64,000 nucleotides of DNA from positions 17,910,711 to 17,974,710 of the forward strand of contig MU054187.1 of the NCBI GenBank assembly GCA_013239625.1, given 5' to 3'. This document shows positions 49,986-62,899 of the stretch, piece by piece. Below the pieces are notes generated by a model. The model saw only the letters and a program-made list of their open reading frames with translations. It did not search any database and had not been told where the DNA came from. The stretch comes from Lama guanicoe. Its lineage: Eukaryota. The translations under genes and the position numbers were made by a program. Positions within the stretch are counted from its first letter, which is position 1; the number at the start of each line of letters is the position of its first letter.

Positions 49986-51409
49986 TTTTCAAAATTTATT
50001 TTGTTGAACATCTGTCATTATTGTGAATGATAATGTAAATCAGTTTAGAAATTCAACACTGAAAGTTTTTTTGCAATGGCAGTATGAGTACAAAGTCTGG
50101 TGAAACAAAGCATGCATGATGACAACAATGATCTTACTAAGTTAAAAAATTTTTAATTGGAAATGTACTTGGAATTGGTTGTGCCACGCATTGTATTCAT
50201 AATTAAAATCTACATTAAAATAGAAACACTAGCTGTCAGAGTAACTATAACTATGGCATTTTTATGAAGAGATTGGCTTTCAAAACAAACAAATCATGGA
50301 GGCTATATAGTTGACTTCTGTGTTGGCCATCGTCAATCATCTTTAGCCTGTTTGAGCATTTGAAGAACTACTATATAACTCAACCTAAAGGTATTTAACA
50401 ATTGTTATGCTAAAATTTTCAGCTTATGAAGTTTTACCAATTTGCAATTCTTGAAATCAAAGCTTGCATAGAAGATGACTTTGAAATTTCTCTCTATAGA
50501 AGTAAAGTAGGAAATGAACCAATTAAACAATGAGAGCTCAAACAATGGAAAATACTTAATTTTGAAATTCTATTATTGGACTTCAGAATATTTCAACTTG
50601 CAGGAAGTATTTTAATAACATTCCTACTTTTAATTGGATAAGCTTATAATATTTACATGAAATTGAGAATGCATTTTGCATAATATGAATAATCAAAATT
50701 AAGACTTCTGTAATGACTTATCTAATAAAAACATCTATTGAAGAAAAGTATTCCAAATGGAAGCAAAAGGATAGTCTTTATGAACATTTGGACTGAAATA
50801 TTTAAACACTTCAATATCAAAGGAAACATTTAAATTGAGAATATGCTCTATTTAGCGAACATTTCTTGAGATTACCAGGTACTTTGGTACATGTAGGGAG
50901 AGTATTTTCTCAACTAAAAATACCATGTTTTACAGACACAGGTCAATGAAAGATTTCAATAATTTCAAATTGGTTAACATAAAATACAGCTTTGAAGATT
51001 GCAGGCAACCTTCTGAAAAAAATGAAAACAATACAACTATATTTCAAAAAATACATTTTTCACAAGTAAAATAACAGGACACAGTAGTATTTTACACAAA
51101 ACTAAGAAGCCATTTAAAATATATGAATATATAAGAAGAATAACCATTCTGCTTATGCTATTAAAATGTTCCATAACTAAACAAAGAGGGTTTTTTTTGC
51201 TTTAATAAGTACAAATATGTTGCTTTTTTAAAGAAATAATTTTATTTTAAAAATACTTTTATAGAATGTCTATAGGTCCAAAATCTACTTGTCAGCGAGC
51301 AAATACTTAACTTTTAAATACATAAAACTGTAGTTATTTTTTTTATCCATTTTTTGATTTTAAAAGTGTTCAGGTTTGGGCAATAAATTCTATGGACCTC
51401 TTAATTATA

Positions 51410-51800
51410 GACAAGTCAGAAGGCAATTATTACAGAGAGATACTAGGGTGAGAGGAATACAGAATTCTTTAGTAACACAGAAAGACAGGTGCCCAACTTA
51501 TTCTCTGGTGGCTGGGGGAGCGGGAGGAGGAGAAGAGGGGGTGGGACTCATGAAATGTTTTCTAGAGGAAATGACTCCATTAAGACCTGAGGTTAAGAAG
51601 GAGTTATCCAAGTGTGGAGACAGGGAAGAATAGTTCAAGGAGAGTGAATACTATAAAACTGACTCAGAGGCAAAATCAAGGCTGCCCATGAGACAGGCAG
51701 TCTGTAGAGTTACATAAAGGAATTTGGAATTAAACCAAAAGCAAGCAGGAAATCAATGCAGCGTTTTAAACAGAGTAGTGTCCTGAGGTAGCTTTTCTGA
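51410..51800 (-). mobile_element. L2 fragment
   Basis: 'ttctagaggaaatgac...agacctga', 'aaggaatttggaatt...aggaaatcaatg'. Confidence 0.6.
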
Positions 51801-53619
51801 GCAGCATTTAGAAGATTGTCTCTAAAATACACGAGTTCCCTCATTCTTTTACTGATGGATTTTCTAGTCCAGACTGTTGGACCCCTGACCTTGTGCTCCC
51901 TGGTATGGCTCTAGGTATGGCTTCCCTGGGTGCAACAATCCCACAGTGCAACCCTCTAAAATTATGGAGCGTCCCTACCTCATGTAAGCGACAGACATGA
52001 ACTCATTACTACATCTGTACGGATGTGGCCAGAAACTCTGAGACTGTACTAAGCTAAATAGCCTAAATGGTAAGCCCAAGACTGACAACGTGGCTGGAGA
52101 GTTTTGAGATACAGTCAGGCTGAATGTTTTCACAGGCTCTAAATTGTTGGTTCTGGGAAGAGAGCATCTTTCACTAACAAAGGCTGAAATGCTATGCAGC
52201 ACACAATAAGCACTCAATCAATATTTGTTGGATGAACAAAATCAAGCATCTTGAATATGTTTTTGGGCTATCACTGACAAAGAAATTTTAGAACACCATT
52301 GTTCTTTTCATTTATTTATTTATTTTCTTTCTCTTGTCTTTTTTAATTGTTTGTTTTGATGGGTGATGAAAATAATGCTTCCCTTAGTAGAGATGCTTAG
52401 AAAAAAGGCTCCATGAATATGTATGTAGGATGCCATTACTCACTCATAATTGACAGTTGTATAGAACAGTGATAAACAACATGATTGTCATTGACAATGG
52501 GGTAATTACAGTCTTGTATTCCTAGAATAGCCCTTGATCACCACTGTTGCTGGTTTTCAGTCATTATTTGGTGTCACATGATTCCCAGTGGACCGACAAT
52601 GTGCTCTCTTCATCCTGAAATCTGAAATCAATTTTGCTGTGTAACTAAGCTATCACATCTCTTGTAACAACTCAGGAATCTTGGATAAATTTATTCTTCG
52701 ACAGACCATAAAAATAGTTGCTACAATTGAGAATGGACCAGGTTCCGTCTTGTCAAGCAGAAAACTTGAATTAGGGAGGCATGCTATTCAAAGTAGAAAA
52801 ATATATCAAAGAATAGAATTGTCGAACACAGTTGTGGTTGTATTAGCAGGCAGTAGACTGTCAATGAAAGTCAGTCTTATGAAATTATACATGTGATATA
52901 GAAATACTAGGTTACCTACTCAAACATTTCTCTAAATCAAAAGGAGTCCCTGAACTTGGAGTAAGATCACTCAATTGCAGACATAAAAACTTGTTCATGG
53001 GCTTAAGTGGAATGATAATGATCAGTAGCAGTCAAGTAGGACCCCTAGAAATGTGAGTGTTCCCTGGGGGACCCCCCCCCAACCCTCCTGCAAAATTTAC
53101 AACCTCACACTTCTTACCTGATTTGGGACCATTTACGCTGATCTCATGAGGCCCTTTATCTTGTCCTTATCTGTCTCCAGGAGACACTTGGAACTCCCAA
53201 GCCAGACTCATTCTACTTGGACTACAGTTCCAAATTGCTTAAAAGAAAGGCTCCATAAATACGTACATAAAATGTGCACTATCTGGAGTCCTTGCACACT
53301 GCTCCCCTGGAAATGAAGTTTCCAGCCAAATACCTTATATCCTTAACCCCTTCCATGAATGTTTCCTTCAACTTCTAACATTAATTGAAATGTAGTTCTT
53401 CCCTGAGGACACCCTCCAAAATTTAAAAACAAAACAAAATAAAATAAATTGTTAAAGCATTTACATAAACTGTCAAGAGCTTAAAGACAATATAAATTAA
53501 AACTATGCCAAGTAATTCTCAGGATAAATATAAATTATAAATAATTGTGAAACATAACTGACCTTATAATTTAAAATTAAAATCACTGGGAGATTTTATT
53601 TTTGACTCATACAATCAAT

Positions 53620-54030
53620 AACTGAAAAATATATGTTAAATATTATAATGCCTTGATGGATATAAAAATTGTCATAGCATTCTGGACAACAATCTGATGA
53701 GACTAAACATCTGACACCCAGTGAATTCCAGGAAAAACTAAAGAGGCACACAAAATTAATATACAAAAATGTTGGTCATGGTTTTATTTTAAATAAATAA
53801 TCTAATTTTAATATATTTATAATGGAATTAATAGTAAGCTGCAGAGAAGATTACCTTTAAGAAAAATGTAATGGCTTAGGGAATATTCATGGTAAAATGT
53901 TAAATGAAAATCAGCAAAAAATGTAGAAGCAATAGTATGATTTCAAATTTGAAATAAATATGATATATATGCTTATATGTATTATGTATGTAATTTATAT
54001 ATATAATATCTCCTGTGCAGTGAAATATAA
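53620..54030 (+). mobile_element. Old L1ME-type 3' fragment
   Basis: 'cattctggacaacaatctg', 'atgttaaatgaaaa...tagtatgattt'. Confidence 0.5.
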
Positions 54031-54044
54031 ATTACATATTCTAT

Positions 54045-54305
54045 GTTTTTATAATTTATATATAACTGACATATAACTATATTAGTTTCAGATGTAGACC
54101 ATGATGATTCAGTATTTGTATGCATCGAAAATTTGTCAACACAATGTGTAGTTAGCATTCATCACCACACATAGTTAAAATTTTTTTTTCTTGTGATGGG
54201 TACTTTTAATATCTATTCTTAGCAACTTTAAGTATACAATACAGTATTATTAACTATAGTCACCATGCTGTACATTACATTCCCATGTCATTTATTTTAT
54301 AACTG
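54045..54305 (-). mobile_element. L1MA-type 3' end
   Basis: 'cttagcaactttaagtatacaatacagtattattaactatagtcaccatgctgtaca'. Confidence 0.85.
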
Positions 54306-54384
54306 CAAAGTAAAAGAGTGACAAAAATTAATTATTTCAGAGTGATGGAGCTGGATTTTTTTTTCCTTTGTAATTGTATATTGT

Positions 54385-54915
54385 AAATGTGCAGCAAAGG
54401 AAGCCATCAACAAAATGAAAAGGCAACTTGCTGAATGAGAGAAAATATTTGCAAATTATGTCTGATAAGAGATTAATATCCAAAATTTATAAGGAACTCT
54501 TACAACTAAAGAGCAAAAACCAAATAATTTGACTAAAACACGGGCAGAAGATGCAAATAAATTCTTTTTTGTTTTGGAAAATGATGGTGTTGGTGTTGCC
54601 TGGGCAGGGGCTGGGAGGATGGGCAAAATGAAGGAAAAGGGTAAAAAGACACACATTTTTAGTTATAAAATGAGTAAATCATGGGGATGTAATGTATAGC
54701 ATGGTGACTGTATTGATAATATTGTATTGCATATTTGAAAATTTCTAAGAGAATAAATCTTAAAAGTTCTCATCGTAAAACAAGTTTTTGTAACTCTGTA
54801 GGGTGATGGATGTTAACTAGACTTGTTGTGGTGATCATTTCAGAATATATATGAATATTGAATCATGTTCTACACTTGAAACTAATGTAGTATGTCAATT
54901 ATACCTTAGTAAAAA
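54385..54915 (+). mobile_element. L1 ORF2 fragment joined to an L1MA9/10-like 3' end (internal deletion ~54570)
   Basis: 'cagcaaaggaagccatcaacaaaatgaaaaggcaac' then 'ggggatgtaatgtatagcatggtgact...tgtcaattatacct'. Confidence 0.88.
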
Positions 54916-56953
54916 TAGTTACTGATTTACCTTAAACTCAACACAGTTTATAAAATGCAAGTTAATTTCCTATGTGCAAGTTTGTACCTTGTAGCTGTTT
55001 TTATTTCAAAAAGGCTAAATTAATCACATAATATTGTAGATTTTCTGCTGGGTTATATATACTCTATCTTTCTTATTGGATTGTTTCTTTTTTAATGGTT
55101 TAATGTTGTTAGACTGCCTTTTGTGGTTTATTGTTATAGCGATATATGGCCAAACTGTCTCATGTTGTTATGTCATTCTAATATTGCCTAGCTCTCAAAA
55201 AACAAAACAAAACAAAACAAAAGCTAACATTAGGTTGGCATTCTATTATGTTTTTATTGTCATCATTGTCTTGGAGTCAGTACAGATTGGCACCTGATTT
55301 CCTATTTCTCCGTGGTCATTCATGTTCAGCTTAGCAGATTAAAAGCAGTTCTTGGAATAACACTAAGATGTGAACAACACGTACACATCTTACTCATGTC
55401 TAGATCTAGGGATCCAAATGAAGTCATAGCACCTGGGTTGGCTTGAGCTTTCATTTTCTCTAACTCAACCTCTTCTTCCATGGGTGGGGAGAAGAAACTC
55501 CCAGGAGGTGAGGCCAGAATGCAGAATTATTGACCCCTCGTCTACACTCAACTACCATGTGGTTTGGCCAATAGAAGGATCAGGATTCTCCAATACCATG
55601 TTAGGCTTGTGCATACGCACACTGAGAGCTGTAGGCAATTTGATGGGCTGCTGGAACTTTCCATGGTCTAAGTGTTTAGATACAAATATAAAAGGAACAC
55701 CCTGACTCATAAGCCCACCTAAGATCTGCAAAGCCACCCTTAAAAACCCATTCTGGAGCACCGTCTCTGGGAGGGCAGGTACGTCCTGACTCCAGCAAAC
55801 ACCAAACCAGCCACACAGGAAACTGAAAAGAGACGCCACTTACTGTGAAATGCAACCACCAGGAAAAAGCAAACCATCCCAAAAGAAAAACAAACCAGAA
55901 ACCCTCATCTTTGGTCACTGAGCTTGAAAACCCTTGGCGATGAAAAAATAAAAGGAAAAGATAACATTCTTCACACAGATACACATGAACACACACACAG
56001 TGAAAGGGAGAAACAATTACTGTATTTCAGAGTGGTGGAGTAGGATTGAAATTTTCTTCTTTGTAATTGTCTGCATAGTGCAAATACTAAGTCTATACAT
56101 AATTCATAAATACTTGCTTTATAATCTGTTATTGTTTTCATGACTTCTGTAGATTCTACTATTGAATATTTTCTTGGCGCCCCCAAATTTCTCTGTTGTT
56201 TGTCTAACTTTGAGCTTTTATTCCCGCCATTGTGCTGTGCTGTGTATTTGCGTTCACAGCTGTACTTCCTCAGTGTATCAGGTCTTCATGGTCTCAGGAA
56301 ACAGAGGGCTGAGGATCTGTAAGCTGAATGGTCACTGGTTGTTCTCTTTTTCTACTCTTATGAGCCTCCCTGTCTTTATGAGTTTTGCTGATGGGGTGTT
56401 TGGAACACTAAGCCAGCTGCACTTCCCACAATGACTTCTCTTTTATCTTCGCACTACTTTTGCCTGATGGGCTCCAGGATCTATTCTCACTCCAACCCAA
56501 TATCGGTGTGCCTTTTGTGTTATAATAAAACTGGAGGTTTGCTATCCTAGTGCACTGAAAAGGAATCTTTATCTTGATACATGATTTAAACCAAGAAAGT
56601 TTCACTTTAAGGAACAAGTGACATTACGCTATCTCTTTGTAAATAAGTCTCTTTTCTCCATGTTTTCTTCCATAATAATTTTTTTTAGCTCTCACCATAG
56701 CAGGCTATCAAGAATTAAAGTCAGCAAAGGCAGGCTAAAGTTGGAAACCTATTTCTAAGATATTTAATATCTTTTCTGATTATTAAAGTTACCTGTGTAT
56801 GAAATTTGTTAAATGGGATTCATTATTTTTAAAAAAGTACTCTAATATTCCACTTTCTAGAGATAAGAACAATTCATATTTTCATGTAAGTCTTTTCAAA
56901 ATTTTTACATGATTGTGTGTATGTGTATGTACATGTGTGTTTGTATGAAATGT

Positions 56954-57573
56954 TGACGCTGAGCAGAAGCCTGAGAATCTTTCCCAAACACAAAAGACTT
57001 TCTGTGTCTCCCATCTCTTGTTTGTAGGAGAAAAGCTTTCAGCCTCCTAGCCTGAATTCCTGTCCCTGAGTTCCAAAAGGTAGATTAAGTTACTTATTAA
57101 GGGAGTGAGGGAATGCAGAAACAAAGGAAAAGTGGTCAAACAATAGTGCAGAGTCCTGTTTCCTCCTCAAGGGACATACATAACCCTCTGATAAATATCT
57201 CGGAGCTCTTCTACAGGAACTAAGGCCCCCACGCAGGTGGAGGATGGGAACTTCAGGCTGAGCATAAGCACATGGACCTCACACTGGTTGGAACCAGAAG
57301 GTTGATGATTGAGACTCTGAGAACACTGCCCTGTAACCTCACCACCAACCAATCAGAGGAGAGTTACACACCCTGCAACCCTCCCTCCCACACACACATT
57401 TCACCTATAAAAATTCTTCCCTGAAAACCATGGGGAAGTTTGGACTTTTGGAACACAAGCTGCCCACTCTCCTTGTTGGCCCCAGCAATAAACCTTTCTC
57501 TGCTCCAGACTCCGATGTTTTGGTTTGTTTGGCCTCACTGAGAGTCAGGCACGGGAACTTGGGTTGGACAACA
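56954..57573 (+). mobile_element. ERV1-class solo LTR with perfect 4-bp TSD (ATGT)
   Basis: TG...CA; ATGT at 56950-56953 and 57574-57577; CCAAT (~57349), TATAAAA (~57406), AATAAA (~57487). Confidence 0.9.
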
Positions 57574-59009
57574 ATGTGTTTTACATACTTGAGACTATTA
57601 CAACAACACTTTTTGAAAGAGTTTGTCCAACTCTTTTTGGTAGATGTGAGATTTAAGACTGATGAACTTGTAATCTCACAGGGTCTTCCTTTAGCCTTTT
57701 TTAACGTGGGATTTTTGTCCCTGGTGGAATTTGTTTTGGACTGCAGATTCTCAGTTTTTCCTTGAAAATTTAAAATATCCCTGGTGGGTGATATCTGTTT
57801 CAATTGATTTATTTTCATTTATTTTTTCAAGTCAAATTAGAAAAGTCTCAATATTAACTGATGTTTTATGTAGAATCCTCAGTCTGCTTATTTCCAGAAA
57901 GAAGGAGAAGAAATAAATTAGTGTTCATTGAGTGTCTACTGTGAGTCAGATGTGTTCTAGGCACCCTATGCAAATTCTATTTAATTCTTACGGTATTTAA
58001 GTCATTGTGTAGGTATTTCTATCTTTCATGAGGCATCTGATGCTGCCGAGTGGTCATTTTGCTACAAAGTATCTGAGTCTTATTCAAACCTCAAGGCAGC
58101 CTGTTGCTGGAGCCCAGGTTACTTCTTACACTCTCCTGCCTCCATACACTGTCTCCATAGAGGATAAGTAAGGGAGCCATGATGATGTAGACCTCAATAC
58201 CATCTGAAGAGTGACACCAGGCCATCAGCTACATTCAGTATGATGCTGTCTGTTCTCATGAACCCTCGGGCATCGAAGGATGCCACCTGTTCAAATATTA
58301 ATAGAATCTCTCTTGTTAGATTTGAAGTAGCTCGTAAAACATTCCTCAAAATCTTTTTATTATTTGCTTCTTCCTCCATACCCCTTTCCCTTGTGCCCCA
58401 GTCTACCCTTAAAAAGTAGGTACCTAAGGGACAGTTTTATTATCTCAGTGACCACCGAGGTCCAGAGCCAACAACAGGATATTTCTAAAACCCTCCAGAA
58501 TCATGTGTGCTGTTTATAAAAAATAAATGAAAAGAAACACTGTCTCTAAAGGATTTGTTAATGGAGTTTCACAATGTCTACTCTGAAAAATTGCAGGATT
58601 AAAAATAAGCAAGTACTTACTCCAAGTTAAATAAAAAATGTAAAAGTTAGAAAAAATGTTTTAATTAGTTGAAAATAATTTTTAATAGAAAACTAAAACA
58701 TGTCTTTGTTTCAAAATTCCTGCTGGTGAAATTTGAAAAACTAAAGAAACTAGCTATTAAAAATCTAGTAAATATGTTTTTATAAATGAGTTTGTAATCA
58801 TTGATGTTGAGAATGGGAAAGAGTTTAAGTATGTATGAACTACTACAATTATTGCATTTACTAAGACCAATTATTTGCCAAAGGCAACATATATTGTGTC
58901 ATAAATATGCTTAAATTTGAGGATATAATATTTATTCTTTCCATAACTAAAAAAAATCATTTAGTTGAAAAGAATACCAGATATTGTACCTTCACTTTTA
59001 TGTTGCATA

Positions 59010-61800
59010 AAGCTTTTTATTGAAATATAACAAACATAGAGAAAAATGTACTGCTAATCAAAATTTTAGAAATGGAGACCTGATTGAAATATAAAGGTGT
59101 TTATTTGGGGTTTGTTAGGACTGCAGCCCAGGAGACACAGATTCAAGAAGCACTTGAACTGCATTCCACTGGACTGCAAAATGGGGGAGACTTATAAAGG
59201 GAGAGAACCACCAGTTACAGTTAGTTACATGAGCTGTTTATCAGGAATATAATTGGCTCTAGCAAAAAAGTAAGGTTACTTGTTAAGTAAAGATTGGTTG
59301 GGGCCTGAAATGGTTGCATAGTTATGAAGCAAGACCTTGAGACCATAAGGTTGCAGCTGGCAGAAGTTTTCTGAATACAGCTAATAGGGTACTCGGGTCT
59401 GGTACAGTTCAAAGAAAGTTCAAGTTCTCAATCGTGCAGAGACGTTTGAGACCAGCACCTTAATGGCCACCCGACTCCATTTTGTATGCCTGAAGTGTGA
59501 TTACTCCACTATAATTTTAATTTGTCATCGGTATAAATCACAACTGTACATCTCAATTAACTTTCATAAAGCATGCACACAAAGTTAGCACCCCCAAAGA
59601 CTCATTTGTTACCCCACCCAGTGACCACTATTCTGGTTCTAACAGCCTAACTTAGCTTTATATTCGGAGAATATGGAGAAGAATATAATTAGGTTTGATT
59701 TAACTATCACCCCAGATTTGTCAAATATTAACATTTTGCCCTATTAAAATAGTTTAAAATATTTTAAAGTTTATCTCTTCAATTTTTATGCAATGACTCA
59801 CTTTCTGCTGTCTAGGTCGATGAGTTTTGATAGATGCATAAGACCTTATACATAGTGAAGATACAGAACATTTCCATCACTCTCCAAAATTCCTTCATGC
59901 TGTGTTCCCTTTGTAGACAACCCTTTCCTTCAGCCTTAATCCCTGACAGCATCTGATCTATCCTGCTTCCTTAGATTTTGCCTTTTCTAGAATGTTAAAT
60001 TAATGAAATTGCACAGTGCGTACCCTTTTGAATCAGGCTTTTTCCACTTCGCATAATACATCCGTGCTATAGCATGTATCAATTGTTCACTTTTATGATG
60101 AATAGTATTTCATTGTATAGATGTCAGCAGCTTGTTTATCCATTCACCATCTGTAGGATATTTAAGTTTTTTAGATTCTGGAGATTATAAGTAAAGTTCC
60201 TATAAATATTCATCTAAAAGCTTTTGCGCAAACATAAGTTTTCATTACTCTTGAGCATGGGATTACTGGGTCGTACGATCAGTGCATGCTTAATGCTATA
60301 AAAAAATCCTGCTGAAATGTTTTCCAAAGAGGTTGTGCCATTTTGCATTCCCACAGCAAAGGATGAGGGTTTCAGTTGCCCTTCATCCTTACCAACACAT
60401 TATTTTTTTCAATTTTAGATATTGGAATAGATGTTTAATGGTATCTCATGTTTTAAATTTGCATTTAATTAATAGCTAGTGATGATGAGCATCTTTTCAT
60501 GTGTGTATGTATGTTGATGAAGTATTCGTTTATTCCAAGTTTGATGAGTCTGACCATGCATGGATGTTGAACTTTTTCACATGCTTTTTTTGAATCTATT
60601 GAGATTATCAATTTTTTTTTCAGTTTTAGTACATTCACATAATGAATTGCATTGCTTGATTTTTGAATGTTGAAACAATTTTGTATCTTGGGATTAACTC
60701 TACTTGGTTGCGATATACTATCTTTTTTATATCTTGCTGGATATGATTTTCTAGTATTTTATTTGGACTTTTTCATGTATTTTCATGAAGGATATTTGTC
60801 CTCAGTGTCCTTATTGCAATGTCTTCTTGGTATCAGGAAGGTGTTGCTCTCATTAAATAAATTGAGAATTATCTCTTCCCTTTTATTATTTTCTGGAAGA
60901 TATTGTGTAGACGTGATATTACGCCTTCTCTAGATATTTGGCTGAGTTCACCAGTGAAACCACCTGGGCCTGGGGGTTACTTTCTTGGGAGGTTATTAAA
61001 AATAAGTATGTTTTCAAAATCTATTTTGGGAGTTTGTGTCTGTCAACAAATTGATCCGTTTCACCTAAGTTGTTGCGTTTCTGGGCATAAATTGTTAATG
61101 ACTGTTCCCTTACTATCCTCTTAATGTCTGTTGTGACTGTAGCGGTATCTTGTCTCTCATTCCTAGAACTGGTAATTTGCATACTGTATTTGTTTTGGTC
61201 AATCTGGTAAAAGCGTTATCAATTATATTGCCCTTTTCAATAAATGGCTTTTGACTGCATTTATTTCCTTTATGTCGTTTTCATTTTTCATTTGATTTAT
61301 GTTTGTTCTTATTGTTATTATTTTCTCCTTTTGCTTGCTTAGAATTTATTTGGTTCTTTTTCTAGTTTGTTAAGATCGAAACAGATTTATTTACTTGAGA
61401 ATTTCTAAAGGAAACACTTATTCCTATAAATTTCCTTTAAAAATCGCTTTAATTGCATTTCACAAACTTGGATATGTTGTACTATTACTTTTCTTCAGTT
61501 TACAATATTTTCTGATTTCCCTTAAGATTTCCTCTGTGATTCTTATTTGTTTAGAGGTGTGGTGTTTAATTTCCAAATATATGTGGATTTTTCAGAGACC
61601 TTTCTATTACTGATTTCTCATTCAATGTCATTATCACTTATGAAATATTTTATATGATTTCAATTCATAAATTTGTTAATTTTTTTAATGGCCCAGAATA
61701 GAGTTTGCCTTAGTTCCAGGTGTCTTGTGTTCTGGGCAGAAAGAAAGATTTCTCTCCTGGTTTGTGTTGATAGTGCCAGCTGCATAGCTTCTCCATTTAA
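59010..61800 (-). mobile_element. Old L1 3' end and ORF2 fragments (several pieces)
   Basis: 'ccattttgcattcccacagca', 'ttcaccagtgaaaccacctgggcctgg', 'ttaatttccaaatat' are antisense L1. Confidence 0.8.
59052..59530 (-). mobile_element. ERV1-class solo LTR inserted in an old L1
   Basis: TSD GTAC/GTAT; minus-strand AATAAA (tttatt ~59100); 'gactccattttg' U3 motif; L1 sequence resumes in register after it. Confidence 0.7.
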
Positions 61801-61801
61801 G

Positions 61802-62448
61802 CGTATTAATCATGTGTTTCTGATGTTCTGACATCTGGGGCCCTGCTGACCCTGGAGAGGCTGCCCCACCCATGGCTAGACAATTCTTAGATACAGTAGA
61901 CAGTCTTTCTGTTGGAGCTCACACCCTCCTCCTCTATCAGCTTCTCCATCCCAGAACCCGTTGAAATTACTCAAACTATCCCATCTTAGGCCTGGTTAGC
62001 TTGCCTTACCTGTTTCTTCCCACAGAAACCATAATAAATGCTCTTGCCCTGGCTACCTCTGTCTTCTGACCATCCCTGGTGCTTCACCACATAGTTCTTA
62101 CACTCTGAGCTACTATTCTTCTGTCTTAAACATTCCTAGACCAGTTGCCAGACAATGAAAGGTAGCTTCTCCATCCCAGAACCCGTTGAAATTACTCAGA
62201 CTATCCCATCTTAGGCTTGGTTAGCTTGCCTTACCTGTTTCTTCCCACAGAAACCATAATAAATGCCCTTGCCCTGGCTACCTCTGTCTTCTGACCATCC
62301 CTGGTGCTTCACCACATGGCCTCTGAATGGTGCCATATGCCTCCTTTCTGGAACTGTGAGTAACAAACTTTCTTTTCAGTGGCAGTTGTCTCCTGTTCTA
62401 TTGGCCTCACCAAACCTGAATAATGATAAAACCTGTATTTTTAAAATA
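61802..62448 (+). mobile_element. MER74-like ERVL solo LTR containing a 154-bp duplication
   Basis: 'gacatctggggccctgctgaccctggag', 'gaaattactcaaacta', 'ggaactgtgagtaac', 'ttttaaaata' match the MER74 layout. Confidence 0.82.
61939..62317 (+). repeat. Direct repeat of 154 bp (61939-62092 and 62164-62317), 3 mismatches
   Basis: Base-by-base comparison. Confidence 0.95.
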
Positions 62449-62899
62449 TTGGGTCACCCTCAGGCCAAAAATGGAAAAAAATAAAATAAAATCAGGAAAC
62501 TCTGCATTGCATTTATTGTTCTTCAGTTTTTTACTTCTCTCCCCAGATGTGTTTTTATTTGTCCTACTATTACTTATTTTTTCAAGCCCTTGAATTGCTA
62601 CTGTTTGTATTCTGTCTGGAGGTTTTAGTCATAATCAGTGGGGAAGATAATCTGTAGTGGGTTTACTCTACCTTGTCAGGCAACAGAACTCATATAGCTT
62701 AGTTTTACTTGTTTTTGAAATTTATATAAAAGGAAACTCACAGCAGGTACTCTTTCTTTTTCAATTCCTTCCACCCAGCGTTATGTCTGTGAGATTCATC
62801 TATGTGGGTCCATATTGCAATGTCTTATTTGTTCGTATTGCAGTAAAATTCTGTCATATGAAACTGTCACAATTTATTTTTCCAGGATGTCTACCAGAA

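Larger units (their letters stand above)
47616..51403 (+). mobile_element. Near-full-length ancient hAT DNA transposon, BLACKJACK-like, with decayed transposase
   Basis: Left end TGGAGTAACCAT (~TAGGGTGACCAT); right end 'ggtttgggcaataaattctatggacctctta'; remnant peptide NVLGIGCATHCIHN (50162-50203) with the hAT CxxH motif; imperfect 8-bp TSD GATTTAGA/ATTATAGA. Confidence 0.8.

Noticed and set aside
6903..57573. Related LTRs in inverted orientation as inversion breakpoints
   Set aside because: The 56954 copy has a perfect TSD and the 6903 copy sits within a collinear MLT1A, so no recombination between them is indicated.
57405..57818. Overlapping 137-aa and 111-aa ORFs
   Set aside because: They run across an LTR boundary; these are typical translated-repeat artefacts.
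58200..58286. Possible minus-strand coding exon (VASFDARGFMRTDSIILNVADGLVSLFR)
   Set aside because: Weak pyrimidine tract and donor, unrecognised peptide, no partner exons.
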